Assembly: GCA_963834305.1 (NCBI GenBank) | Contig: CAWIAX010000003.1 | Span: 133,648 to 197,647 of the forward strand | Origin: an uncultured Acidobacteriota bacterium | Lineage (GTDB): Bacteria; Acidobacteriota; Vicinamibacteria; Vicinamibacterales; 2-12-FULL-66-21 | Direction of reading: 5' to 3' | Length of the DNA stretch: 64,000 bases | Part shown: positions 28,101 through 37,802 of the stretch, piece after piece | Layout: the number at the start of each line of letters is the position of its first letter | Numbering within the stretch: the stretch's first letter is position 1 | Notes under the pieces: generated by a model | Told to the model about the DNA's origin: nothing | Databases searched by the model: none | The model's input: only the letters and a program-made list of their open reading frames with translations | Translations under genes and position numbers: made by a program

Positions 28101-28389
28101 CCGCGACTACGCGATCTCGCCGGATCTCTTCCACTGGGAATCGCAATCGACCACGTCTGTGCAGTCGCCTACCGGTCAACGCTACCTGAATCATCAGAGA
28201 CAGGGCACCAACGTGTTCCTCTTTGCCCGTCACCGCAAACACGAGGCGGGAAGAACGGCTGCATACACGTGTCTCGGCGCGGCCGAATACGTGTCACACG
28301 AACGAAGCCGCCCCATTGCAATCACGTGGCGCCTGCGCAAACCGATGCCGGACGATTTCTTCCGAGAGGCCAAAGTTGCGGCCGGCTAG
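25198..28389 (+). CDS. SauUSI-like type IV (modification-dependent) restriction enzyme: PLD nuclease, SF2 helicase, DUF3427
   Basis: The N-terminal HKD motif is RLHAKAWLFERLTGFSTAFIGSSNLTHSAL. Helicase motifs are present: AATGTGKT, VVVDEFHHA, LGLTATPER, QQLGRGLRR. A C-terminal ~250-aa region has the length and placement of DUF3427. The start is uncertain (TTG at 25198 or GTG at 25237). Confidence 0.8.
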   Translation: MGLSRRPNAAGGHVSELIPGLYEQLLTVELQRLVSALEAGRADVGLPGAADAHIAVADHLRRLLERALHAVPEEERLIRQAEICNALLGWLRAEQRSASVEPDDALVVPLTVLREVRALTRGAAPSGTTPQPLVPLSAADLLVNARGEPSVGAAIEREIHSADRIDLLCAFIRWNGLRTLRPAVEGHRQAGRPLRVITTVYTGSTERRALDWLTSIGAEVRVSYDTRTTRLHAKAWLFERLTGFSTAFIGSSNLTHSALLDGVEWNVRLAQASTPDLIEKFKAAFESYWADPDYEPYDPARDADRFDRAVRATVAPDPSQNFHFDLQPWPFQREMLQRLDTERERHLRYRNLVVAATGTGKTLVAAFDYRRLRQRLQNPSLLFVAHRREILAQSLSAYRAVLRDGSFGELLVDGQRPEQGRHVFASVQSLAQIDLADIAPDAFDVVVVDEFHHAAAPTYERLLNHLTPRILLGLTATPERTDGRSVLEWFDGRIAVELRLWDALDRGLLSPFQYFGLHDGIDLSHVQWSRRGYDVVALEKVYTGDQARVSLVVQAIQDKIANPAAMRALGFCVSVAHAQFMAREFTRRGLPSVAVSAETSGAEREAALRGLRDRRVNMVFCVDLFNEGVDVPEVDTVLFLRPTESALIFLQQLGRGLRRAEGKDCLTVLDFIGGANRRFRFDLRFRALLGGHRSDIIRQVEEGFPRLPSGCAIQLDRVASKVVLDNVKGSLGSSFAGLVAELRAMADGRRRAGGDPAGITLAGFLRDAALDVDDLYRSAGWTWSRLRREAGLPTAPEGPDEAHVARAIPRLLHLDDPERLALYKHAVAGELPAEALDPNTFSGRALMGLHFAIWGPASTLPSLRESMDRLRRHRALAGELGELFDLLEEQAEHVSEPLERHMQWQHRIPLSVHSRASLDEILAAFGRMTFERRNRLRQGVDFDLVTQSDLFFVTLEKAEGHYSPTTMYRDYAISPDLFHWESQSTTSVQSPTGQRYLNHQRQGTNVFLFARHRKHEAGRTAAYTCLGAAEYVSHERSRPIAITWRLRKPMPDDFFREAKVAAG

Positions 28390-28651
28390 AGGCGGGCGGC
28401 CCGTTCGCTCGCTGCCCTTCTGCCGATCGCAGCCTGCGGTGATTCGGCCAACATTCACCGCAAGTTCGTGCGGAGATTATTCGCGCCGCTTGGGAGACGC
28501 AGCGTTAGAACGATTCACGGTCACGTTCCGATTTTTCGGCGGCCTTCAAGCCACAGACGCGCGTAGCTCAGTCAGGCGCCGAAAGAGGCGCAGGCGGCAT
28601 GGTCGCGCCGTAGACGCGACCGGGCGCCGCGCGGCATGCTAACGTGCGGCC

Positions 28652-29398
28652 ATGGACCCGCTCGCCGGATCACCGTGGAGCGCACCGGCAACGGTCGCCG
28701 GCTTCGCGCAGTCGGCCCCCAACGACGCGCTGATGCGGTTCGCGGCGGACGAGCTGCCGCGCGCGGCGGGCCGGCGGCTGCTCGACCTCGGCTGCGGCGC
28801 GGGACGCAACGCCATCCCGCTCGCCAGGATGGGCTACGACGTGCTCGGCCTCGATCTGTCGTGGCCGATGCTCGGCGCCGCGGCCGGGCGGGCGATGGAC
28901 GATCCAGGTGCCGGCCGTCTCCGTCTGGCGCTCGCGCCGATGGACAACATTCCCGTGAGGAATCGCTGCATCGACTTTGTCGTGGCCCACGGCATCTGGA
29001 ACCTCGCGCCCTCGGCGGCGGTGTTCCGAAACGCGCTTCGCGAGGCCGCCCGCGTGGCCCGGCCGGGCGCCGCGCTGTTCGTGTTCACCTTTTCCCGGCA
29101 CACGCTTCCACCACAGACACTGCCGGTCGCCGGGGAGCCATTCGTGTTCACCCAGTTCTCGGGCAAGCCGCAGCTCTTCCTGACGGAGCACCAGCTCGTT
29201 GCGGAGCTCGGCGCGGCCGGCTTCGTCCTGGAGCCGTCCTACCCCCTCAAGGAGCACAACCGGCCGGCAGGGGCAAAGCTCATTGGCGCGACGGTGCCCG
29301 CGATCTACGAAGGGGTCTTTCGCCGGCGCGACGACTACAGCGCGACGTCCAACTCCTCCCCCTCATCGAACCGATCGAGAGGAGCGATCAACCGGTAG
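28652..29398 (+). CDS. Class I SAM-dependent methyltransferase (small-molecule type)
   Basis: SAM-binding motif I is [16 protein letters not shown], followed by the acidic residue in VLGLDLS. The 3' end overlaps the convergent gene by 64 nt. Confidence 0.8.
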   Translation: MDPLAGSPWSAPATVAGFAQSAPNDALMRFAADELPRAAGRRLLDLGCGAGRNAIPLARMGYDVLGLDLSWPMLGAAAGRAMDDPGAGRLRLALAPMDNIPVRNRCIDFVVAHGIWNLAPSAAVFRNALREAARVARPGAALFVFTFSRHTLPPQTLPVAGEPFVFTQFSGKPQLFLTEHQLVAELGAAGFVLEPSYPLKEHNRPAGAKLIGATVPAIYEGVFRRRDDYSATSNSSPSSNRSRGAINR

Positions 29399-30210
29399 GC
29401 GCCGCGCGCCGGCATCGTCGCGTAGCCTTCGGCGACGAGCGCCCGGTTGCCGAGGCCGGCTTCCGGCCGCGACAGGCCGGTCACGCGCGCCAGCTCGCCG
29501 GGGACGGTCATCCCCGCGCCGGCGAGGAAACAGCGGGCAATCTCGCGCCGCGCGGTCTCCCGGCTCATGCGCTTGCGCAGCGCGTCGGGAAACCGGCCCA
29601 CGCCGAGGCTCCAGATGTAGGTGAACTTCGGCCGGTAGTAGACGGCGCTCGGGATCACGATCATCGCGGCCTGGAGCTCGTCGAGGGCCCGGGTGAAGGC
29701 AGGACGCTCCTTCACGCCGGATTCCTCACGGAGGTCCGACGAGCTCATCTCCCATTCCCGGCGCAACACGCGCAGCACGGCCTGTGCCTCCTTCGACAGT
29801 CCCCGCTTCTCCTCCGCCCGCCGCAGCCCCCAGATGGCGTGGAAGCACGGGATCATCCGCGGCGCCAGGAACATGGCCCGGCCGCGCGCGAGCTTGGCGT
29901 AATAGACCTTGCCGCGCCCCATGACCTCGTCCTTCAAGGTCCAGGCCAGCGAGGCCTCCTCGTCCTTCTGCACGTTGCGCGGCATCACCGCGTCGCGCCG
30001 CCCGCAGACGGCGCCATAGAGCGATGGCCCTGGCCGCCGCGAATCGGTCAGGCAGGCGGCGAACCCGGCGCGCTCGATGAACCGCTCCGCCGCCAGCGCG
30101 GTCTCGACCTGCCGCGTCGCCTCCCGATGCCAGTGCCGATCGCGATGCTCTTCCACCTCCGGCGGAATCGCCGGCCCGACTTTCATCGCCACACCTGACT
30201 TCCGGGTCAT
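29335..30210 (-). CDS. Hypothetical protein, possible winged-helix DNA-binding protein
   Basis: The 291-aa ORF has protein-like composition. Segments such as [21 protein letters not shown]...[15 protein letters not shown] resemble wHTH proteins, but I cannot assign a family. The start is 30210 or 30186. Confidence 0.55.
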   Translation of the reverse strand: MTRKSGVAMKVGPAIPPEVEEHRDRHWHREATRQVETALAAERFIERAGFAACLTDSRRPGPSLYGAVCGRRDAVMPRNVQKDEEASLAWTLKDEVMGRGKVYYAKLARGRAMFLAPRMIPCFHAIWGLRRAEEKRGLSKEAQAVLRVLRREWEMSSSDLREESGVKERPAFTRALDELQAAMIVIPSAVYYRPKFTYIWSLGVGRFPDALRKRMSRETARREIARCFLAGAGMTVPGELARVTGLSRPEAGLGNRALVAEGYATMPARGAYRLIAPLDRFDEGEELDVAL

Positions 30211-30269
30211 CGGAACGATGGTATGGCGGCCGATGCCGCCGGATCCAGAAGCATGAGTACACTCTGCAC

Positions 30270-31214
30270 ATGCGAGCAGCTCACTTCATGCTGAATCACG
30301 TAACCCGCCGGCTCCTCGTGTTCACGCTGGCAGCGATCGCGGCCGCCGGCGTGCTGGCACGGGCGCAGGCGCCCGACGCGCAGGTGTCCGCCGCGCCGGC
30401 GCCGCAGGCCCGGGACTACACGCCGCCGCAGGTCCAGCACCTGACGGCCCGCACGCTGCGCGTCTTCCCGGCGCCCGAAGCCGGCCAGGGGGTGGCCGCC
30501 GACGCGCGCCACTTCTACGCGATCACCAACGCGATGATCGCGAAGTACGAGATCAGCTCGGGGAAACGGCGCGCCGAATGGATCGGCCCCAGGAACGGCT
30601 TGATCCAGCATCTCAACAGCTGCCTGGCCGATCTCGGCCGGCTGTGGTGCGCCAACTCCAACTTCCCGCAGACGCCGATGGGCTCGTCGGTGGAGGTCTT
30701 CGACACCGCCACGCTTGCCCACGTGGAGAGCCACGGCCTGGGCATGCTGGACGAAGGCTCGATCACCTGGTTCGACCGCTATCGCGGCGGGTGGATCACG
30801 GGCTTCGCTCACTACGATGAGAGGGGCGGCGTGCCGTTCAAGGATCACCGCTTCTCGAGCGTGGTCACCTACGACGCGGAGTGGCGGCGGACGGGAGGAT
30901 GGCTGTTCCCCCGGTCGGTGCTCGAGCGGATGGCGCCGCATGCCGCCTCGGGTGGCGCCATCGGCCCCGACGGATTCCTCTACCTGCTGGGACACGATCG
31001 TCCCGAGATGTACGTGGTCGCCCGCCCGACAATGGGGCCCACGATGATCCACCTCGCCACCATCGACCTCGAAGCCGAAGGCCAGGCGTTCTCCTGGGCG
31101 CAGGACGGATCGCGCACTGTCTTTGCCATCGATCGCCCGAAGAAGGTCGTGCGGACGATCGAGCTGCCGGCCGTGCAGCCGGCGGATCCGGCGGTCAGCC
31201 TGCGGTTCCGCTGA
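30270..31214 (+). CDS. Hypothetical secreted protein
   Basis: It has a signal-peptide-like N-terminus ([22 protein letters not shown]) followed by a beta-rich sequence. I recognise no motif. Confidence 0.6.
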   Translation: MRAAHFMLNHVTRRLLVFTLAAIAAAGVLARAQAPDAQVSAAPAPQARDYTPPQVQHLTARTLRVFPAPEAGQGVAADARHFYAITNAMIAKYEISSGKRRAEWIGPRNGLIQHLNSCLADLGRLWCANSNFPQTPMGSSVEVFDTATLAHVESHGLGMLDEGSITWFDRYRGGWITGFAHYDERGGVPFKDHRFSSVVTYDAEWRRTGGWLFPRSVLERMAPHAASGGAIGPDGFLYLLGHDRPEMYVVARPTMGPTMIHLATIDLEAEGQAFSWAQDGSRTVFAIDRPKKVVRTIELPAVQPADPAVSLRFR

Positions 31215-31345
31215 TCGGTCTTGCCCCTGCCCGCTGCCCGGCTGGCGGCAGACGGGCACGGCTGAGCCGGTCGCCTTGCACCTTCATGGCGGCTGCCGCA
31301 GAATGCGCAGGTATCCGTCGGCGGCGACATCGAGAGGGAGTGATC

Positions 31346-32359
31346 ATGAGCACCGAATCGAAAGCCACGCGTCGCGAGTTCCTGCGCGAAGCGACCCTGA
31401 CGGGCGCCGCGCTCACCGCCCTGGCCAGCGACATCCTGGCCGGCCAGCAGCCGGCCGCCGCGACGGGGCTGCCCACGCGGGTGCTGGGCCGCACCGGCCA
31501 GCGTGTCTCGATCCTCTGCCTTGGCGGGTGGCACATCGGCTCGGTGAAGGATCCGGACGAGGCGATCCGGATCATGCACACGGCCGTGGACGAGGGGCTC
31601 ACGTTCTTCGACAACTGCTGGGACTACCACGATGGCGGCTCCGAGGAGATCATGGGGCGCGCCCTCGCCGGGGGGCGCCGCGACAAGGTCTTCCTGATGA
31701 CGAAGAACTGCGAGCGCGACTACGCCGGGTCGATGAAGTGCCTCGACGACAGCCTGCGGCGCCTGCGGACCGACCGCATCGACCTCTGGCAGTTCCACGA
31801 GATCATCTACGACAACGATCCGGACTGGGTCTTCGAGAACGGCGGCCTCAAGGCGGCGCTCGAGGCGCGGAAGGCGGGCAAGGTCCGCTACATCGGGTTC
31901 ACCGGCCACAAGGATCCCCGCATCCACCTCTCGATGCTGAACAAGCCGTTCGACTGGGACAGCTGCCAGTTCCCTGTCAACGTGCTCGACCTGCACTACC
32001 GCAGCTTCCAGAAGGGCGTGCTGCCGGTGTGCCTCGAGAAGAAGGTCGGGGCGATCGGCATGAAGGGGTTCGGCGGCGGGAACGGCATCGCGCGGGACGC
32101 CGGCCTCACCGTGGAGGAAGCCTATCGCTACGCGCTCAGCCAGCCGATCGCGTCGCAGGTGGTGGGCATGACCACCATGGAGCAGCTCCGGCAGAACATC
32201 GCGCTCGCCCGCGGCTTCACCCCGCTGCCGGCAGCCGCGCAGTCGGCGCTCGCCGAGAAGGTCAAGCCCTTCGCGACCGACGGCCGCTTCGAGCAGTTCA
32301 AGTCGACCCAGAACTTCGACGGGCCGGTGCATCGGCGGCAGCACGGGTTCACGGCGTAG
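31346..32359 (+). CDS. Aldo/keto reductase with Tat signal
   Basis: The ATG at 31346 follows GAGAGGGAG. There is a Tat motif (TRREFLR). AKR hallmarks are present: FFDNCWDY, the residues in [16 protein letters not shown], and VRYIGFTGH. Confidence 0.9.
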   Translation: MSTESKATRREFLREATLTGAALTALASDILAGQQPAAATGLPTRVLGRTGQRVSILCLGGWHIGSVKDPDEAIRIMHTAVDEGLTFFDNCWDYHDGGSEEIMGRALAGGRRDKVFLMTKNCERDYAGSMKCLDDSLRRLRTDRIDLWQFHEIIYDNDPDWVFENGGLKAALEARKAGKVRYIGFTGHKDPRIHLSMLNKPFDWDSCQFPVNVLDLHYRSFQKGVLPVCLEKKVGAIGMKGFGGGNGIARDAGLTVEEAYRYALSQPIASQVVGMTTMEQLRQNIALARGFTPLPAAAQSALAEKVKPFATDGRFEQFKSTQNFDGPVHRRQHGFTA

Positions 32360-32391
32360 CGGCGGATACTTCGCAATTGCAGGAGGACATC

Positions 32392-33051
32392 GTGAGCAAC
32401 TCCGTGACCGACTCGTGTCTGCAGAGCAACAAGCAGTACGCGAAGGGCCAGGCGGTTCATACCGCCGCACATCCCGGCAAGCAGCCGATCCAGCCAGGCA
32501 AGCGCCTCGCCGTCGTCGCCTGCATGGACGCGCGGCTCGACGTGGAGGACCTGCTCGGGCTGCAGACGGGCGATGCGCACATCATCCGCAACGCCGGCGG
32601 CGTCGTGACGGAAGACACCATCCGCTGCCTGATCATTTCGCATCACCTGCTCGACACCCACGAGTTCGTCCTGATCCATCACACCCGCTGCGGCATGCTC
32701 GCCTTCACCGACGACCTGCTCAAGGCCGGCCTCGAAGGGGACCCGGCCGCCGGGCAGATGCTGGGGCAGGCGACGGGGCGCCCGTTCGTCAGCTGCAAGA
32801 CGAGCGCGGCAACGCCGGCGGCATTCCACGCCTTCCGCGGGCAGCTCGAACCGCTCGACGCCCCGCCGGGCGCCCAGAACAAGGAACGCCTCGCCTGGGA
32901 CGTCCGCCGCGGCATGTCCTCGATCCTGAGCCACCCCTGGCTCCCCACCAATGGTCCGGACGCGGTTACGGTGCGGGGCTTCATCTACGATGTGGACACC
33001 GGCCTGCTCGAGGCGGTGGCGTATCCTGGCGCGACCGGGTCGATTGGCTGA
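32392..33051 (+). CDS. Beta-class carbonic anhydrase-like protein
   Basis: The GTG at 32392 lies 4 nt after AGGAGGA. The zinc-ligand motifs are CMDAR and HTRCG. Confidence 0.8.
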   Translation: MSNSVTDSCLQSNKQYAKGQAVHTAAHPGKQPIQPGKRLAVVACMDARLDVEDLLGLQTGDAHIIRNAGGVVTEDTIRCLIISHHLLDTHEFVLIHHTRCGMLAFTDDLLKAGLEGDPAAGQMLGQATGRPFVSCKTSAATPAAFHAFRGQLEPLDAPPGAQNKERLAWDVRRGMSSILSHPWLPTNGPDAVTVRGFIYDVDTGLLEAVAYPGATGSIG

Positions 33052-33087
33052 GGCGCCGCCCTCCATGCGGCCGGTCGCTGTCGCCTG

Positions 33088-34203
33088 ATGATCACCATTG
33101 CACGGGTCTTCGCGCACCGGGTCGAGCTGCCCCTGCACGAAGGGCGCTACAGCTGGTCGGGCGGCAAGTCCGTCTCGGTCTTCGACAGCACCATCGTCGG
33201 CGTCGAGACCGACACCGGCCTCGTCGGCTACGGCGAGGTCTGCCCGCTCGGGCCGTTCTACCTGCCGGCCTACGCCGAGGGCGTCCGCGCCGGCCTGCGC
33301 GAGCTCGCGCCCGCACCTGCTCGGCGAAGACCCGCGCGAGCTGTCCAAGCTGAACGCGCGGATGGATGCCGCGCTCAAAGGGCATCCCTACGTGAAGTCC
33401 GGCATCGACATCGCCTGCTGGGACATCCTCGGCCAGGCGACGGGGCTGCCCGTGTGCACGCTGCTGGGCGGCCGCTTCGGCGAGCGCGTGCGGCTCTACC
33501 GCGCCATCTCGCAGCAGTCACCCGACGAGATGGCCGGCAAGGTGGCCGGCGTATCGCGCGGAAGGCTACACGCGGTTCCAGCTGAAGGTCGGCGGCGATC
33601 CCGACCTGGACATCGAGCGCATCCGCGCGGTGCGGGCGATGCTCCAGCCGACGGATCGCCTGGTCGCCGACGCCAACACCGGCTGGACACAGCACGACGC
33701 CATCCGCGTGGTCGCGCGTCGGTGCGCGACGTCGACGTCTACATCGAGCAGCCCTGCCTGACCTACGAGGAATGCCTCGCGGTGCGGCGGCAGCACCGAT
33801 CATCCGTTCGTGCTCGACGAGAACATCGACGGCCTCGACGTGCTGCTGCGGGCCAAGTGCGGATCTCGCGATGGACGTCGTCAACCTGAAGATCAGCAAG
33901 CTCGGCGGCCTGACCCAGCACGAAGCAGGTGCGCGATCTCTGCGTGGCGATGGGCATCGCGATGACGCTCGAAGACAGCTGGGGCGGCGACATCACCACG
34001 GCGGCCATCGCGCATCTCGCGCACAGCACGCCCGAGGAGCTTCGCTTCACCAGCCACCGACTTCAACAGCTACGTCACGGTCAGCACCGCCACGGGAGCG
34101 CCCCGCCGGGAGCAGGGATTCATGACCGCCGGCACCGAGCCCGGGCTCGGGCATCCGGCCCCGCCCCGAAGCTCTCGGGCCACGCGTCGTTGAAGTGGCG
34201 TGA
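33088..34203 (+). pseudogene. Enolase-superfamily enzyme (mandelate racemase/muconate lactonizing family), heavily frameshifted
   Basis: The protein can be reconstructed only by hopping frames at about 33311, 33551, 33718, 33795, 33865, 33925, 34058 and 34150. The pieces are: [27 protein letters not shown]...RELAP / [53 protein letters not shown]...AG / [28 protein letters not shown]...DANTGW / [12 protein letters not shown]... / [20 protein letters not shown] / [31 protein letters not shown]... / TDFNSYV...GLGI. Confidence 0.8.
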
Positions 34204-34211
34204 GCTGATGC

Positions 34212-36036
34212 TCACCGGCCCGCGAGCGGCAGGCGGAACGCGGCCATCTCCTCGCCGTTGCGCACCAGCAGCACGTTGCCGACGAGCACCGGATGGTTCC
34301 AGGTCTTCCCTTCCAGCGCCGGGAACCGTGCCAGCTCGGTGAACTGATCGGGCGCGGCGCGGACCAGCGCCAGCTCGCCATCCTCGGACAGCACCAGCAG
34401 CAGATCCTGTTCGGGCAGGAGCACGAGCTGGCCGTGGCCGAACCGTCCCCCCTTCCACTTGCGCTCGCCGGCGCCAAGGTCGATGCACGCCAGGATGCTG
34501 CCGTCGAAGCCGTAGGCATGGTCCCCGTGCACGACGAAGTCGTTGAAGTACGGCTTGAGCCCGCGCGACGTCCAGCGTTCGGCCACCGTCCAGCCCTCCT
34601 GCCCGTGCGCCACGGCGAGGCGGCGCGTGGCGATGCCGGCGGTGTCCGATGCGTTGATCAGGAGGTCGCCATCCGCGGTCACCGCCGGCTGGACGATGCG
34701 GCTGGCGGGCCAGGCGTGTTCCCAGAGCACCGTGCCGTCGGCGGGCGCAAGGGAGATCGCGCCGGCGCTGCTCAGCATCAGGACCTGTGCGACGCCATCG
34801 ATCTTCACGAGGTGCGGCGAACTGTAGCTCCCGCCCTTGGACGGGCCGATCCAGCGGCGTTCTCCGGTCTCACGGCCGTAGGCCACGAGCGCCCCGGCAT
34901 GGACGATGACCACGTCTTCGACGATCAGCGGCGAGCTGGTGAAGCCCCAGTCGGGAACCTGTTTGCCGGTGTCCGACGCCGCGTTGCGCGACCAGATGAC
35001 GGCACCGGTGCGGGCATCGAGCGCGTTGAGGATGCCGGTGGCGCCGAAGGCGTAGACGCGGCCGCCGCTCAGCGTCGGCGTCGCGCGAGGTCCGGCGCCG
35101 CCATTCGACTCCCAGAACCGGACGGCGTCGCGATGCTTCCAGACCGGCGTGCCGGAGCTCACCCGGTAGCAGGCCACGATCTCGTCTTCACCGCGCTGTT
35201 CCTGGGTATAGAGCAAGTCGCCGTGAACGGCGAAGGATGACCAGCCGGGTCCAATCGGCCGCCGCCACATCTGAACAGGTGGAGAGGCGGACCAGTCGGT
35301 CTGGATGCGTGCGCCGTGAACGACGCCGTCGCGCCCGGGTCCGCGAAAGCCGGACCACTCGGCCGTCGATGCGGCCGGATTGGCCGCGGCCGGCTTCGGA
35401 TTCGATGGTCGGAGGTGGCCCTGGCTCGCCGGCAGGAGGCGGTGCGGCTGGTGGTTCCTCCGGGGCGGGCGCGGCCGCGGGGGGAGGAGGCGTGACCGGA
35501 ACCATTTCGGCGCGGGTCCGGGCCAGCAGACGCTGCTCCGCCGTCGGCGTCCACCGCCAGTGGAGATCCGAATCGGCATTGCCGTCGAGGCCCTCGGTCC
35601 GGATAGCAGCGAGCGCCGCGCAGGCGACCAGGACGGACGCCAGGAGCGATGCGTAGCGGAGGCCGCCGGTCAGACCCCGGCTGGCGACAGCCCAGACGAC
35701 CAGCGCCAGCGTTACGGCCGGGATGGCGTAGATGTACACCATGAAACCCATCATCCCGTTGGCGATCGACTCGTGCACCAGGCGCGACGTCACGGCCACC
35801 GCCGCGATGATCAGGGCAAGCGCGCCGAGCCGCTCGGCCCACCGCGCACGGCTGAAGAAGAGCCACCAGACGACAATCACCAGCCCGAGGAGAAGGCCCC
35901 CAATGATGGCCTCGCCCCCCCATTGCGGAAAGAAGGCCGGCATGACCAGCCAGATTAGCCACTGCAGCGCCGCGGCCACGACGCCAGGCCACAGCCGGAG
36001 CGGTTTGCGGGGAACGCCAGCGTGATTGATAGTCAT
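34212..36036 (-). pseudogene. Membrane-anchored PQQ-like beta-propeller repeat protein, one frameshift in the Pro-rich linker
   Basis: The N-terminal polytopic segment plus DLHWRWTPTAEQRLLA and a Pro-rich linker are in one frame (ORF 35188..36036). The propeller (WSGFRGPGRDGVVHG...[13 protein letters not shown]) is in another frame (34212..35579). The junction is near 35392. Confidence 0.7.
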
Positions 36037-36167
36037 GAGTCCTTTTCGCCAATACTGCCTAACTTACCCCAGACATGTGACGGCGCAGCCCGGGCGGCGG
36101 TTCCGGGAAGTCACGTGCGGTGAACGGGCGCGGGCGGCCTGCCGCCATGCGGTAGGCTATCCCCGCC

Positions 36168-37802
36168 ATGCGACCGCTCATCCTGCTCCTCGTCTCCGTC
36201 TGCACACTCGTCGACCTCCGTGCCGACACTTACCCGAAAAACCCCCGGGTGGACGTGATCAACTACAGCTTTGCCCTGGAGGTGCAGGACAAGGACAACC
36301 GCATCTCGGGCACGGCCGACGTCGACGTCCGCTTCGACGGCGACGGCGTGACCTCCCTGCGGTTCGACCTGATCAACCAGGACGCCAGCACCGGGCGGGG
36401 CATGACGGTCAGTGCGGTCTCGGCCGGCGGCAATCCCCTCGCCTTCGTGCATCGGGACAACGCGCTGACCATCGAGCTGCCCGGGCGCTTCGCCAGGGAT
36501 CAGCGCCTGCGCCTGCAGATCGCCTACGCGGGTGAACCAGCCTCTGGCCTCAAGATTGCCAACAACAAGCACGGCGATCGCACCTTCTTCAGCGACAACT
36601 GGCCCGACAAGGCCCGCCACTGGCTGCCGACCGTCGACCACCCGTACGACAAGGCTACCTCCGACATGATCGTGACGGCGCCGGCGCACTATCAGGTCGT
36701 CTCCAACGGCCTGCTGATCGAGGAAACCGATCTCTCCGGTGGACGGCGGCGCAGTCACTGGCGGCAGTCCGTGCCGATCGCTCCGTGGCTCTACGTGCTC
36801 GGCGTGGCCCGCTTTGCCGTGCAGCAGGTGGACACGTTCCAGGGCAAGGCCATCCAGACGTGGGTCTACGCGCAGGATCGCGCCCAGGGCTTCTACGACT
36901 TCGCCGTGCCCACGCGCGACGCGCTGGAGTTCTACTCCAGCAAGGTCGGGCCGTTCTCCTACGAAAAGCTCGCCAACGTGCAGTCCAACAGCGTCAGCGG
37001 CGGCATGGAGGCAGCCAGCGCCATCTTCTACAGCGAAGGATCGGTGACCGGCGATCGCAGCATCCGCTGGCGCAACGTCGTCATTCACGAGATCGCCCAT
37101 CAATGGTTCGGCAACGCCGTGACCGAATACGACTGGGACGACGTCTGGCTGAGCGAGGGGTTCGCCACCTACTTCACGCTGCTTTTCATCGAGCATGCCT
37201 ACGGCCGCGACGAGTTCCTGCGCGGGCTCGACGCCAGCCGCCAGCGCATCATCGAGTTCGACAAACAACACCCCGACTACCGGATCGTCCACGACAACCT
37301 CGACGACATGTCGAAGGTGACGACCGGCCAGACCTATCAGAAGGGCGCCTGGGTGCTCCACATGCTGCGCGGCATCGTGGGCGACGAGGCGTTCTGGGCC
37401 GGCATCAGGGACTACTACCGCGAGCACAAGGACGGCAGCGCGACCACGGCGGACTTTCGCGGAGCGATGGAGCGCGCCTCGGGGCGCGACCTGGCCGGGT
37501 TCTTCGACCAGTGGCTGACGCGAGGGGGACTGGTGCGCCTCAGCGGCGACTGGCGCTATCGCGCGGACACAGGCACGATCGCCGTACGCCTGATTCAGCG
37601 CGACAGCGCTCGGACCTTCTCGATGCCGCTGCAGATTGGCGTCTACGCCGCGGGGAGCGCCACGCCCGCGGTGACGACCGTGCGGCTGTCCGAGGCGTCA
37701 CACGAGGTCGAGATCGCCGCGGGCCAGAGACCCGACCGCGTGGTGCTCGACCCCAACCACGTGGTGTTGATGGAGGCAGATTTCAGCGAGGCGAAGCGGT
37801 GA
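36168..37802 (+). CDS. M1-family zinc metallopeptidase (aminopeptidase N-like), secreted
   Basis: It has a signal peptide. The HEIAHQWFGN...WLSEGFATY segment gives the HExxH-x18-E zinc site. A GGMEAAS segment resembles the GAMEN exopeptidase motif. Confidence 0.9.
   Translation: MRPLILLLVSVCTLVDLRADTYPKNPRVDVINYSFALEVQDKDNRISGTADVDVRFDGDGVTSLRFDLINQDASTGRGMTVSAVSAGGNPLAFVHRDNALTIELPGRFARDQRLRLQIAYAGEPASGLKIANNKHGDRTFFSDNWPDKARHWLPTVDHPYDKATSDMIVTAPAHYQVVSNGLLIEETDLSGGRRRSHWRQSVPIAPWLYVLGVARFAVQQVDTFQGKAIQTWVYAQDRAQGFYDFAVPTRDALEFYSSKVGPFSYEKLANVQSNSVSGGMEAASAIFYSEGSVTGDRSIRWRNVVIHEIAHQWFGNAVTEYDWDDVWLSEGFATYFTLLFIEHAYGRDEFLRGLDASRQRIIEFDKQHPDYRIVHDNLDDMSKVTTGQTYQKGAWVLHMLRGIVGDEAFWAGIRDYYREHKDGSATTADFRGAMERASGRDLAGFFDQWLTRGGLVRLSGDWRYRADTGTIAVRLIQRDSARTFSMPLQIGVYAAGSATPAVTTVRLSEASHEVEIAAGQRPDRVVLDPNHVVLMEADFSEAKR

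Noticed and set aside
28556-28580. A tRNA-like 5' fragment (gcgcgtagctcagtcagg) in the spacer after the restriction gene. It could be an att or tRNA remnant marking an island border.
   Set aside because: No D-stem complement, anticodon arm or T-loop (GTTCGAATC-like) follows. A 16-nt resemblance is not significant, and I found no matching direct repeat at the other islet border.
28601-28619. A GC hairpin (gtcgcg-ccgtaga-cgcgac) as a possible terminator of the restriction gene.
   Set aside because: The stem is only 6 bp, there is no U-tract, and it lies 210 nt downstream of the stop. That is not enough to call a terminator.
36070-36115. An inverted CAYGTGAC motif pair upstream of the M1 peptidase gene, considered as an operator.
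   Set aside because: The match is imperfect, short and seen only once. I cannot distinguish it from chance without genome-wide motif counts.
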